Source of the DNA: Acidimicrobiia bacterium
GTDB taxonomy: Bacteria > Actinomycetota > Acidimicrobiia > Spongiisociales > JAHEDJ01
NCBI GenBank assembly: GCA_029210695.1
Contig: JARGFH010000009.1
Location: forward strand, 1-64,000
Direction of reading: 5' to 3'
Length of the DNA: 64,000 bases
The position numbers were made by a program, and so were the translations under genes. The notes beneath the pieces were generated by a model. It saw nothing but the letters and a program-made list of their open reading frames with translations, searched no databases and was not told the DNA's origin. Shown here piece after piece: positions 32,351 to 41,909 of the stretch (position 1 is the first letter of the stretch; every line of letters begins with the position of its first letter).

Positions 32351-32538
32351 TCGCCACCCTTCTGCACATAGTTCTTCACGAACTCCTCGGCGTTCTCCTC
32401 TAGGACGGCATCGATCTCATCGAGGAGGTCATCGAGCTTCTCAGCGGTCTCGGAGACCTTCGCTTCGACCTTGGCGTCTGCGGCCTCGGTCTTTGAGTCA
32501 GCCGGTGGTTGGCGTCGTTTCTGTTCCTGCTCGGCCAT
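32347..32538 (-). CDS. pup: Prokaryotic ubiquitin-like protein Pup
   Basis: [29 protein letters not shown]; GGAGG RBS. Confidence 0.97.
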   Translation of the reverse strand: [63 protein letters not shown]

Positions 32539-34009
32539 CGCTACCTCCAAGCGCTTCGAGGAGTTGGGGGACGGTGAGTGAGCTATCGAGCAGCTCCTCT
32601 ACGAGGTCCTTACTTCCTCTCAAGGGCTCCATCATAGGCACCCGTGTGAGTGAACCCTCCCCGGTATCGAAGACGAGCGAATCCCAGTTGGCAGCTACCA
32701 GCGCGGTCGGATACCGGGCAACGCATTCACCCCGGAAATAGGCGCGGGTCCCTTGCGGTGGGTGAGTTGCCGCCTCGTCGACTTCTGAATCTGTGAACAA
32801 TCGGTTGATTGCCCCGCGACGTACCAGGCGTTGGAAGATCCCACGCTCTGGATCAACATCATGGAACTGAAGGTTCAGCGCTCGTAGCTTCGGATCGGTC
32901 CAGGAGAGCCCATCTCGCTCCTGCATCCCCGTGAGTAGGCGAAACTTGGCGGCCCAATCCAGGCGATCTGCGGTCGAGAGAGGGTCGCGCTCGAGGTCGG
33001 TCAGGATCTTCGCCCACTCGGAAAGCAGCAGGTCGTGTTCTCCTTCGAACTGTTCCGCGTACTTGGTGAGCCACTCGTGATACTGCCACTGCAGATCGAG
33101 CGCGGTGGCGGTGGCTCCGCCTTCGAGCCGGAGCGGGCGGCGCATCTCCAGGTCGTGACTGACCTGCCAGCACGACTCCACCGGATGTTGCAAGGTTAGG
33201 GCTTCGGGCAGCGCGCCGTCCTCGAGCGCGGCCAGCAACAGCGCAGTCGTCCCGACCTTCAGGAATGTCTGGGTTTCGGACATCGTGGCGTCACCGATGA
33301 TCACGTGCAATCGACGGTATTTCGAAGGCGTCCCGTGCGGTTCATCCCTTGTGTTGATTATCGGCCGCTTCAGGGTTGTTTCGAGGCCCACCTCCTCTTC
33401 GAAGAAGTCTGCTCGTTGTGTCAACTGGAAGTCCACGTCGGGGCGACCGTTCTCCGAACCGAGTTTGCCGGAACCGGTGAAAACCTGCCGGGTCACGAGG
33501 AAGGCAGTCAGATGATGGATCACGTCTTCAAACGGCAGCGCACGGGCGAGCAGGTAGTTTTCATGGGCGCCGTAAGAGTTGCCCCTTCCGTCGCTGTTGT
33601 TCTTGTAGACACCGACGATCTGGCCGGCAGGAACGAGCTCCTGGGCAGCCCGGGCGGCTCTGGCCATGACGACTTCGCCCGCCTTGTCGTGGAGAGCAGC
33701 TTCGAGAGGAGTACGGCACTCGGGAGTCGAGTACTCAGGATGAGCATGGTCGACGTAGAGGCGGGCGCCGTTCGTCAGAACCACGTTGGCCATCCCAGCC
33801 TCTAGATCCGAAGAAACGGCGACCTCAAATCCAAAGCCGCGGGCATCACGGCCGGGTGACTCCTCCTCGAACGACCATTGCACCCGGGCAGCATCACCGC
33901 GGTAGGCATTGATCACGAGGCCGGACGCTACCGATGGGTTGAAGTCGGGCTGGTTCCGGATGGTGATCCCGAATTCGGTCTCGGTTCCAATCACCTTCGT
34001 CAATGCCAC
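32498..34009 (-). CDS. dop: Pup deamidase/depupylase Dop
   Basis: [50 protein letters not shown]. Confidence 0.97.
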   Translation of the reverse strand: MALTKVIGTETEFGITIRNQPDFNPSVASGLVINAYRGDAARVQWSFEEESPGRDARGFGFEVAVSSDLEAGMANVVLTNGARLYVDHAHPEYSTPECRTPLEAALHDKAGEVVMARAARAAQELVPAGQIVGVYKNNSDGRGNSYGAHENYLLARALPFEDVIHHLTAFLVTRQVFTGSGKLGSENGRPDVDFQLTQRADFFEEEVGLETTLKRPIINTRDEPHGTPSKYRRLHVIIGDATMSETQTFLKVGTTALLLAALEDGALPEALTLQHPVESCWQVSHDLEMRRPLRLEGGATATALDLQWQYHEWLTKYAEQFEGEHDLLLSEWAKILTDLERDPLSTADRLDWAAKFRLLTGMQERDGLSWTDPKLRALNLQFHDVDPERGIFQRLVRRGAINRLFTDSEVDEAATHPPQGTRAYFRGECVARYPTALVAANWDSLVFDTGEGSLTRVPMMEPLRGSKDLVEELLDSSLTVPQLLEALGGSDGRAGTETTPTTG

Positions 34010-35739
34010 TACAGGTACTGTCCCGGCGTCATCGTCTCAATGGTCTTCGACTCGGACTCCCCCTCGATCAGGGTTCGCACGTAGACGATCCGTTCACCCT
34101 TCTTGCCGGAGATCTTCGCCCAGTCGTCGGGATTCGTGGTGTTCGGGAGGTCCTCATGTTCGCGGAACTCCTGCTTGATGGCGGCCAGCAGGTCGCTGGT
34201 CCGGATACCGGCTTCACCGTCGTTGATCTCTCGCTTGATGGCGTCCTTTTTTGCGCGGCGGACGATGTTCTCGATCATCGCGCCACTCGAGAAGTCCTTG
34301 AAATAGAGGACCTCCCGGTCGCCGTTCGCATACGTGACTTCGAGGAACTTGTTTTCGTCGCCCGTGCCGTACATGCGGGACACGGTCTGGCTGATCATGT
34401 CCGAGATCATGTCCCGGGGCTCTCCACCGTGTGCACCGACCTCACCGGCGTCGAGCGGCAGTTCGGGAGAAAGGTAGATCCGGAATATCTCCCCTGCCGC
34501 CTCCTCACTGGGACGGTTGATCTTGATCTTCACGTCGAGACGTCCCGGTCGAAGGATGGCGGGATCGATGAGATCCTCACGGTTCGAGGCGCCGATGACG
34601 ATGACGTTCTTCAGGCTCTCCACACCATCGAGCTCGGAGAGCAACTGCGGGACGATGGTGGATTCCACGTCGGACGAAATGCCGGTTCCCCTCGTCCTGA
34701 ACAGGGAGTCCATTTCGTCGAAGAAGACGATGACGGGCACGCCTTCATCCGACTTCTCTTTAGCCCTCTGGAAAATCAGCCGGATCTGGCGCTCCGTCTC
34801 ACCGACGTATTTGTTCAGCAGTTCAGGGCCTTTGATGTTCAAGAAGTAGGACCGCGCGTCCTCCCTACCCACTCGCTGCGCAACGGCTTTGGCGAGGCTG
34901 TTGGCCACGGCTTTTGCGATCAGGGTCTTTCCGCAACCCGGTGGCCCGTACAGCAGCACACCTTTGGGGGCCTCGAGATCGTACTTCTCGAAGAGAACCT
35001 TGTGTACGTATGGAAGCTCGACCGCATCGCGGATCGTTTCGATTTGTTCTCCGAGGCCGCCGACCATCTCGTAGGTGATGTCGGGAACCTCCTCGAGCAC
35101 GAGTTCCTCGACCTCCGGCCGGGCGAGCTTCTCGTGGACCAGGTTGGCTTTGGCGTCGATCCGAACGTGGTCGCCGGCCCGAAGGAACTGTTCCCGCATC
35201 GGCTCGGCGATCTCAACGACGCGCTCTTCGTCACCGTGGCCGACCACGATGAGCCGGTGTTCGTCGAGGCGTTCTTTCACGGTGGCGATCTCGCCCGTGG
35301 AGTCGAAGTGCCGCACGTCGACGACGTTGAGGGACTCGTTCAGCAACACCTCCTGCCCCCGCTGCAACTGCTTGACCTCGATCGTCGGCTGAGCACTGAC
35401 CCTCATCTTTCGACCGGCGGTGAGCACATCCACGGTGCCGTCTTCGTTGGTGTTGATCACCGTTCCGAAAGGATTCGGCGGTGTGGTGAGTTTCTCGACC
35501 TCCTCACGAAGCACCGAAAGCTGCTCACGAGCCTCTTCGAGCACATTGGTCAGGCGTTCGTTCTGTTCGACTGCCCTGCGCAATTGGGCCTTCTGCTCGA
35601 TGAGTCGTTCTTCGAGAATCCGCACGTGTTTGGGAGCGTCGAGCAGCCGACCGCGCAGGGTGGCAGCCTCTCCCTCGAGCCGGGCAATCGTAGCGAGAAG
35701 GTCACGAATCTCGGCCCGGTCGTGTGGTTCGTTCGTCAT
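34009..35739 (-). CDS. arc: Proteasome ATPase ARC/Mpa
   Basis: Coiled coil, OB domains, [15 protein letters not shown]-terminal GQYL. Confidence 0.98.
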   Translation of the reverse strand: MTNEPHDRAEIRDLLATIARLEGEAATLRGRLLDAPKHVRILEERLIEQKAQLRRAVEQNERLTNVLEEAREQLSVLREEVEKLTTPPNPFGTVINTNEDGTVDVLTAGRKMRVSAQPTIEVKQLQRGQEVLLNESLNVVDVRHFDSTGEIATVKERLDEHRLIVVGHGDEERVVEIAEPMREQFLRAGDHVRIDAKANLVHEKLARPEVEELVLEEVPDITYEMVGGLGEQIETIRDAVELPYVHKVLFEKYDLEAPKGVLLYGPPGCGKTLIAKAVANSLAKAVAQRVGREDARSYFLNIKGPELLNKYVGETERQIRLIFQRAKEKSDEGVPVIVFFDEMDSLFRTRGTGISSDVESTIVPQLLSELDGVESLKNVIVIGASNREDLIDPAILRPGRLDVKIKINRPSEEAAGEIFRIYLSPELPLDAGEVGAHGGEPRDMISDMISQTVSRMYGTGDENKFLEVTYANGDREVLYFKDFSSGAMIENIVRRAKKDAIKREINDGEAGIRTSDLLAAIKQEFREHEDLPNTTNPDDWAKISGKKGERIVYVRTLIEGESESKTIETMTPGQYL

Positions 35740-35788
35740 GAGGTACCTCTATTCGCAGTATACGGATGCAGCCGTCTTGTACATACCA

Positions 35789-35802
35789 GGGCGGGAAGTC
35801 CC
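35789..35802. promoter_or_regulatory. DosR/OsdR-like box upstream of ferredoxin
   Basis: GGGCGGGAAGTCCC, centred about 28 bp before TAGGAT (-10). Confidence 0.4.
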
Positions 35803-35862
35803 GGCTTGGCGACAACGTGCAGTAGGATGACGCTCCGCAAAACACCGAACCAGGAGTTCGAC

Positions 35863-36108
35863 ATGAAGGTGTGGATCGATCAGGATCTCTGCACAGGAGA
35901 CGGTCTCTGCGAAGAGATCGCACCGGACGTATTCGTGATGCTCGATGACGGACTGGCCTACGTCCGTGAGGGCGAGAAGATCTTCGCCGAGGCGGAGAAC
36001 AACTCGCAGGGAGCAGACGGTGTCGCCGTAGTACCGGCCGGGCAAGAGGACATCACGGTGGAATCTGCCGAGGAATGCCCCGGCGAGTGCATATTCATTG
36101 AGCCCTAG
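35863..36108 (+). CDS. Single-cluster ferredoxin
   Basis: MKVWIDQDLCTGDGLCEEIAP...EECPGECI; AGGAG RBS. Confidence 0.93.
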   Translation: MKVWIDQDLCTGDGLCEEIAPDVFVMLDDGLAYVREGEKIFAEAENNSQGADGVAVVPAGQEDITVESAEECPGECIFIEP

Positions 36109-36110
36109 GC

Positions 36111-36950
36111 TCAACCCTCATCGGGCGGTTGAGAGCCGGAGTCCTCAGACTCCGGCTCTTGCTGTGTGCTCGGTGCTACCTTGCGGGCGACGCAGATGAA
36201 CCCGGTATGTCCGACCATCTGATGGTCCGGACGCACCGACCGTCCTTGCACATTCCAGGTACGCAGAAGTGCCTCGAAAGCCAGAATGTCGTCGAAACGC
36301 CCGCTCGCCCGCAGTTCCTCGACCGTCTGTTGGAGTTGAGGAACGGTGGGAACATAGGCGCAAAACACGCCGCCACTGCTCAACCCGACGGCCGCCGGTG
36401 CAACGCTGTGCCACGGCTCCGGAACGTCCAGCACGATGCGGTCCGGTCGAACCTCGAGAATCTGATCCTCTACCTGTCCGATTCGCAATTCGAGGTTGTC
36501 CGGTATCGACCCCAACCACCGGCTGATCGTCTCCCCGGCATGCTCGGCATGATCTTCACGGCGTTCGACGCTCACCACCCGACCCGATGAGCCAACCGCT
36601 CTCAGCAAACCGAGGGTCAGAGCGCCGGAACCCGTCCCGGCTTCGAGCACAATCGACCCGGGGGCGATATCCGCGTACACGAGGATGGGGCCCAGATCTT
36701 TGGGATAGACCACCTGGGCGCCCCTTCGCATCTTGAGCACATAGTCCGAGAGACGCGGCCGCAATACGATGAACTCGGCGCCGCCGGTCGAGATCGCCCG
36801 CGATCCATCCTCCATGCCGATCAGATGATCGTGATCGATGACCCCATGATGCGAGTGGAAAGCGCCGCCTTCCCTGAGACGGAGAAGGAAACGGCGCTTC
36901 TTGGTGTCGATGAGGAGACACTGATCACCGGCAGAGAAAGCCCTGCTCAT
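36111..36950 (-). CDS. trmI: tRNA (adenine58-N1)-methyltransferase TrmI
   Basis: MRRGAQVVYPKD, EAGTGSGALT, LDVPEPW, VRPDHQMVGHTGF. Confidence 0.95.
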   Translation of the reverse strand: MSRAFSAGDQCLLIDTKKRRFLLRLREGGAFHSHHGVIDHDHLIGMEDGSRAISTGGAEFIVLRPRLSDYVLKMRRGAQVVYPKDLGPILVYADIAPGSIVLEAGTGSGALTLGLLRAVGSSGRVVSVERREDHAEHAGETISRWLGSIPDNLELRIGQVEDQILEVRPDRIVLDVPEPWHSVAPAAVGLSSGGVFCAYVPTVPQLQQTVEELRASGRFDDILAFEALLRTWNVQGRSVRPDHQMVGHTGFICVARKVAPSTQQEPESEDSGSQPPDEG

Positions 36951-37045
36951 GAAGAGAGCACAGACAGCGCGGCGACCATCATCGTGAGGATCATGCCGGC
37001 CACGACGACAAAAATGACTGCTCGAATGAAGCGCTGGTTTCGCAT
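36947..37045 (-). CDS. Small single-TM protein (32 aa), not in ORF track
   Basis: MRNQRFIRAVIFVVVAGMILTMMVAALSVLSS; ATGA overlap with trmI; TAAACT -10 upstream. Confidence 0.6.
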   Translation of the reverse strand: MRNQRFIRAVIFVVVAGMILTMMVAALSVLSS

Positions 37046-37119
37046 GGGTTGAGGAGTTTAGGGCGTCGAGTCGCCTGCCTGGTCGATCAGCCGGCGGCCC
37101 GGGCTAACCTTGTTCTGCC

Positions 37120-37314
37120 ATGAACCCACTCACGTCCGGTCTGACTCGAACCTTCCGTGGTCTCCGCACCGGCGATCCGCAACTGATCCTGCTGGGCGCG
37201 TCCCTACTTGCTGTTGCCTGGCTCCGCAGTCGCAGCAGTGGGAGGGAGTTGCTCGACAAGCGGACGCTCAAGGTCGGCGAAGGTGTCCAGGTGAAACTGG
37301 CCGAGCCGGCCTGA
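37120..37314 (+). CDS. Small hypothetical membrane protein
   Basis: 64-aa ORF with a hydrophobic segment; TAACCT -10 upstream. Confidence 0.6.
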   Translation: MNPLTSGLTRTFRGLRTGDPQLILLGASLLAVAWLRSRSSGRELLDKRTLKVGEGVQVKLAEPA

Positions 37315-37317
37315 CGC

Positions 37318-37509
37318 TCAGATCCGGTAGACCTCGACGACGGCCTTGCCTTGCTTGCCTTTGCGGCGCCCGAACACAAACGCGAAGACGACGATGGCGG
37401 CAACGCCAACGGCGACCCAGACGGCACTGTTCTTGACGGCCTGCTGGGTTTCTTTCAAGGCCCCTTCGATCTCTTTTGCTTTTGCTTCGATATCCGCACG
37501 AGTGACCAT
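37318..37509 (-). CDS. Small membrane-anchored protein (DUF3618-like)
   Basis: TRADIE.., C-terminal TM followed by RRK; coupled to holin-family gene. Confidence 0.65.
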   Translation of the reverse strand: MVTRADIEAKAKEIEGALKETQQAVKNSAVWVAVGVAAIVVFAFVFGRRKGKQGKAVVEVYRI

Positions 37510-37802
37510 CAGCGTGTCGCCCTCCAGATGATGAGGCCGGCGGTTCCCCCGAGCACCAGGGTTGAAATCAGATAGGCAAGAGCCTTCCAGAGATCCCCGT
37601 CCGGGAGCACCATGACCAGTAGTAATGCCAGAGCGATGCCGAGAAAGATGGCGCCGAACGCAAACAAGGCACCCGCCGCCAGGCCCATGCCCGCAACGCG
37701 TCCCAGCCGCTTGGCCGGTTCAATCGTCTCTTGCATGAGGTACTGCTTCGAGAGGTCGGTCAGTTCCGTGACCAGCTGCGGGAGTTCTTTCGGGCCGCTC
37801 AT
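37509..37802 (-). CDS. Actinobacterial holin-like (phage holin family) membrane protein
   Basis: LVTEL..YL.QET, two TM helices. Confidence 0.65.
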   Translation of the reverse strand: MSGPKELPQLVTELTDLSKQYLMQETIEPAKRLGRVAGMGLAAGALFAFGAIFLGIALALLLVMVLPDGDLWKALAYLISTLVLGGTAGLIIWRATR

Positions 37803-37919
37803 GATGACTCAGGCTACTTTCTCGATGCCGCCGGGGCGCAATCCGCACTTGGTGCGCGGAGGCCCAAGACGGGTCTACCGCACACGATAGTGCCCGACGG
37901 TCTAGCCTGCCCCCTCAGT

Positions 37920-39188
37920 ATGAGAGGCGAGATCTGGACACAACGATCGCGCCCGAGCCGGGGTCGCCATCGAGCGCCTGCCGGACTCGGCGCGCGTTTC
38001 AACGCTCTTTGGGCCGGACAAACGATCTCACAACTCGGCGATTACATCGCCTATTTCACGATCCCGGCCTTCGTCAGATTCCTGATTTCCGATCAACCGT
38101 CAGATTTCGGCCTCATCTACGCGGCAGAGAGCTTCCCGACCTTCCTGGTCGGCGTACTCGCCGGAGTTCTGTTGGATCGACTGCGTCTGCGTTCCGTCCT
38201 GATTGTCTCGGATCTCATCCGGGCCGGTGCATTTCTGGTCCTGGCCAGGTTGGCAGCCGGCGCTCCCCCCGATCTGCCGGCGTTGCTGGCTATCTCATTC
38301 CTCGTGGGAACGTTCGCAGCCACGTTCACGAGTGCTCTGTTCGCATTCGTTCCCTTGATCGTTAGGCCGGATCAGCTGGGCACTGCCAACGCCCGGGTTG
38401 CTCTCAGCCAACAGGTCGCCTTCGTCGTCGGCCCTGCTCTCGGTGGCCTCATCGTCGGCTGGTGGGACTACTCCACCGCATTCACGCTCAATGCACTCAC
38501 CTTCGTCGTTTCGGCGCTCTCGCTCGCGCTCGTCGGGCCTGTGAAGCGCTCTCTGCAAACGGTCCACGGCGGCTATTGGGCTGAGGCGAGAGAGGGCTTC
38601 TCGTTCTTGTGGGAAGAGCGGCGCTTGCGACTCCTGACGGGCGCCGGAGCCATCACCAACTTCGTGGCGGGGTTCCTCGAAGCAATCATCATCCTGATCG
38701 GAGCCGACTACTTCGGAATGACCGACAGCCAGGAGGTGAGCCTCTTGTTCGTCGCCGCAGGCGTGGGTGGTGTCCTGGGAGCGCTCAGTGCAGGAAGCGC
38801 AGGGAAGATCCTCGGATTGGGGAGGACGCTCGTGACGGGAATGCTGGTGTTCGGTACCGGGTTCGCCGTGTTGACCCTGACAGTTTCGCGATGGTCGATC
38901 CTCCTGGTGTTGACGGTCACCTTCCTCGGCCTTTCCTGGATCAACGTCCCGCTCATCACGATGCGACAGCTCTATACGCCCGATCACCTGCTCGGGCGGG
39001 TCACCTCGGCTTCTCGCGCCGTCATGTGGAGCACTTTGCCGTTGGGATCGCTGATCGGCACCTGGATAGCCGATCGCCTCAGTATCGTGACCGTTGCGCG
39101 GGTCGAACCTCTGTTCATCATCGCATTCGGGTTGTACCTCGTGTTTACGCCAATCTGGACCGCCACCAACGAACGAACAGCGTTCTAG
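37920..39188 (+). CDS. MFS transporter
   Basis: LWAGQTISQLGD, AGVLLDR, GPALGG, about 12 TMs, PDHLLGRV. Confidence 0.9.
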   Translation: MRGEIWTQRSRPSRGRHRAPAGLGARFNALWAGQTISQLGDYIAYFTIPAFVRFLISDQPSDFGLIYAAESFPTFLVGVLAGVLLDRLRLRSVLIVSDLIRAGAFLVLARLAAGAPPDLPALLAISFLVGTFAATFTSALFAFVPLIVRPDQLGTANARVALSQQVAFVVGPALGGLIVGWWDYSTAFTLNALTFVVSALSLALVGPVKRSLQTVHGGYWAEAREGFSFLWEERRLRLLTGAGAITNFVAGFLEAIIILIGADYFGMTDSQEVSLLFVAAGVGGVLGALSAGSAGKILGLGRTLVTGMLVFGTGFAVLTLTVSRWSILLVLTVTFLGLSWINVPLITMRQLYTPDHLLGRVTSASRAVMWSTLPLGSLIGTWIADRLSIVTVARVEPLFIIAFGLYLVFTPIWTATNERTAF

Positions 39189-39268
39189 CCCGGCACCCTG
39201 TTCGAACGCTCGATCAGAACCCAGAACCCACGAATCGAGAACGCCAACCTTGATCCCAAGGAGGATCC

Positions 39269-40885
39269 GTGCAGACGACTCACAAGGTTTTCAATCAGCC
39301 GCTGCCACTCGTCGACTACAACCTCTTCACAAGCGATCGGGCGCTTTCCGGGCATCTGGCCCGGTACCCGGTTCAATGGTCAACTGAGAGCTTCGTCGAG
39401 TTCGGCGCCAGAATCGGCTCAGCGGAAGTGATCGAGTGGGGATTCCAGGCCAACCGATCTGACCCGGTCCTCCATACCCACGATCCGGTCGGGAACCGTG
39501 TCGATGAGGTCGTCTTCCACCCCGCCTATCACTCTTTGATGGCGCTCTCTATGGAGTACGGCTTACATTCCCTGCCGTGGGAGGGAGAACCGGGTGCATA
39601 TGTGGCACGAGCCACCCTCTTCTCTCTGATGGCACAAATCGAGGCCGGCCACGGTTGTCCGATCTCGATGACCACCTCCGTGGTCCCCAGCCTCCGTAAA
39701 CAACCCGACCTCGCCGCCCGGTGGGAGCAGCGCCTGACCCGAGCGTACGATCCGTCCGCACAGCCGGCGGACCGTAAGACGGGTGTCACGTTCGGAATGG
39801 CCTTGACCGAAAAGCAGGGTGGTTCCGACGTCAGGTCCAACACGTCCACTGCCATCCCCATCGACGGCGGCTACTCGATCACGGGCCACAAGTGGTTCTG
39901 CTCTGCTCCGATGTCCGACGCCTTTCTCGTCCTGGCCGTCGCACCCGAGGGACTCACCTGTTTCCTTCTGCCGCGCTGGACTCCGGATGGTGTGCGCAAC
40001 GGCTTCACTATTCAGAGGCTGAAGGACAAGCTCGGGAACCGATCGAACGCTTCGAGTGAAGTTGAGTTCTACGAAAGCTGGGCTGAGCGAGTCGGTGACG
40101 AAGGAGACGGTGTCCGCGTCATCGTTGAGATGATCAATCACACGCGGCTCGATTGCGTGCTTGGTTCGGCCGGCCTCATGCGACAGGCGGTTGCGCAGGC
40201 AACTCACCACGCTTCGCAGAGAACCGCGTTCGGCCGCGTGCTGGCCGATCAGCCGGCTATGGCTAACGTGCTCGCCGACCTGGCTCTCGAATCTGAAGCC
40301 GCCACCGCAGTGATGCTGAGAGTGGCCGGCGCCTTCGACAACAAGGAAGACGAGCAGGAGGAGTTGTTCCGCCGGATCGCCACCCCGGTCGCCAAGTACT
40401 GGGTCACAAAACGTACACCCGGCCTGGCCTACGAGTCACTCGAATGCCTGGGAGGGAACGGCTACGTCGAGGAGTCGATCATGCCGCGTCTCTTCCGGGA
40501 GAGCCCTGTCAACGCGGTGTGGGAGGGTTCCGGCAACGTTATCGCCCTCGATGTGCTGCGAGCGCTGCGCAAATCACCGGATGTCGCAGAGGCGTTCCTG
40601 GCGGAGCTGAGGCTCGCGCAGGGTGGTGACTCGCGCTTCGATGCGGCCCTCGACCATCTCGGTGAGTCGATCCACGGATTGGTGTCCGAGTCGGACGCAC
40701 GCCGGGTCGTTGAGTCGATGGCACTCCTCCTCCAGGCGTCACTGCTGATCAGGTCCGCACCGCCGGCGGTAGCAGACGCGTTCGTGTCGTCGAGGCTCAC
40801 AAACGACCGGGGCGGTCTCTACGGGACACTTCCCGGCAGTGTTGATCAGCGCTCAATCCTCGAACGGGCGACTCCGGCGATGTGA
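39269..40885 (+). CDS. aidB: AidB-like acyl-CoA dehydrogenase
   Basis: THKVFNQP, EAGHGCPISMT, TEKQGGSDVRSN, GHKWFCSAP, LKDKLGNRSNASSE, WEGSGN. Confidence 0.9.
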   Translation: MQTTHKVFNQPLPLVDYNLFTSDRALSGHLARYPVQWSTESFVEFGARIGSAEVIEWGFQANRSDPVLHTHDPVGNRVDEVVFHPAYHSLMALSMEYGLHSLPWEGEPGAYVARATLFSLMAQIEAGHGCPISMTTSVVPSLRKQPDLAARWEQRLTRAYDPSAQPADRKTGVTFGMALTEKQGGSDVRSNTSTAIPIDGGYSITGHKWFCSAPMSDAFLVLAVAPEGLTCFLLPRWTPDGVRNGFTIQRLKDKLGNRSNASSEVEFYESWAERVGDEGDGVRVIVEMINHTRLDCVLGSAGLMRQAVAQATHHASQRTAFGRVLADQPAMANVLADLALESEAATAVMLRVAGAFDNKEDEQEELFRRIATPVAKYWVTKRTPGLAYESLECLGGNGYVEESIMPRLFRESPVNAVWEGSGNVIALDVLRALRKSPDVAEAFLAELRLAQGGDSRFDAALDHLGESIHGLVSESDARRVVESMALLLQASLLIRSAPPAVADAFVSSRLTNDRGGLYGTLPGSVDQRSILERATPAM

Positions 40886-40886
40886 C

Positions 40887-41858
40887 TCAGTTCCTACGCC
40901 GTCCGATTGCGATGCCGAGTAGGAGCCCGAACACGCCGGACAGCGCAACGCCTGAGGACACCTGGTCCTTCTGGCGCTGTCTGGGGGCCTGAGCGACCGG
41001 TCGAACTACGGCGCCGGACCGAAGGTGTCCGGCATAGACCTTGGTGAGCTCGGCTCCGAAGAGATAGACCTGCCACATCAAGTTGAAGAAAAAGAGCAGG
41101 ATGGCGACGCCGCCGAGCGCACCCAGCGTGCCCTGATTCCCCACCATTCCGAGAATTGTTCCGACCAGGAAGGCAGCCGGGAGCCCCATCAGGGCGGTGG
41201 CGGCGCCACCACGCCGGGCTGCTCGCCAGGGAATCAGCACCGCCGTCATGATTTGAAATGTCAGGCCGACCACTGCCATGAGCAGCACCACCGAAACAAT
41301 CGGCACACTCCACGCCAGCAGGGTTCGCAGCCAGCTCATCGCATCCGGCACCAGCCAACGATTCATGTATTGGATAGCGGCAACCGCCACCACCGGCGCG
41401 ATGACCAGCACTGCCAGGACGAGCGCCGAGACGAAGGCCACACTCCGTTTCCACAGCCACGCGGTGAGGCCGCTCGTCCGGGCGGTCGGGACGTCGAAGA
41501 TCTTGTTCAACACTCCTTGCACTTGCAGGAAGATGCCCGAGGCTGAGAACACAGTGAGGGTGATACCGATGCCCAGTGAGGCACCAGCCTGGCGCTTGGC
41601 GACTTCGAGTAGATCGGAGATCTGGCTCGCCACAGTTTCGCCTGCGGCAGTTTCGACCTGTCCGACGATGGAGTTCAACCGGCCAACGTCCTCGAAGATG
41701 AACCCGGCAATCGCCACGATGAGGAACATCATCGGCACCAGAGAGAAGAGTGTGTAGAACGACAAGGCGGCGGCGGCGCGACCCGCTTCATCCTCCCCGT
41801 AGGAACTGGCCGCCGCCTTGAGCGCCTCGACCCCTCGCCTCAGTCGTGTGGTATCCAT
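40887..41858 (-). CDS. YihY/virulence factor BrkB family membrane protein
   Basis: AAALSFYTLFSLVP, LNKIF, LFGAEL. Confidence 0.88.
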   Translation of the reverse strand: MDTTRLRRGVEALKAAASSYGEDEAGRAAAALSFYTLFSLVPMMFLIVAIAGFIFEDVGRLNSIVGQVETAAGETVASQISDLLEVAKRQAGASLGIGITLTVFSASGIFLQVQGVLNKIFDVPTARTSGLTAWLWKRSVAFVSALVLAVLVIAPVVAVAAIQYMNRWLVPDAMSWLRTLLAWSVPIVSVVLLMAVVGLTFQIMTAVLIPWRAARRGGAATALMGLPAAFLVGTILGMVGNQGTLGALGGVAILLFFFNLMWQVYLFGAELTKVYAGHLRSGAVVRPVAQAPRQRQKDQVSSGVALSGVFGLLLGIAIGRRRN

Positions 41859-41909
41859 GTTGCCAAGCAGGGTACCTTTGCGATAGGCCGATAGGCCCGA
41901 GCGTGACGC

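Noticed and set aside
34003..35862. 701-aa plus-strand ORF ending in ferredoxin, suggesting a fusion
   Set aside because: Antisense shadow of arc; ferredoxin has its own RBS and ATG at 35863
37318..37802. Prophage lysis module
   Set aside because: The holin-like family is a common chromosomal actinobacterial membrane protein; no endolysin or phage genes nearby
39201..39249. LexA box and heptamer repeats upstream of aidB
   Set aside because: TCGAAC-N4-GATCAG matches only one half-site; only two exact CAGAACC copies
41885..41898. OsdR-like box AGGCCGATAGGCCC before yihY
   Set aside because: Too close to the -10 compared with the other three boxes, and explainable as a short CGATAGG duplication
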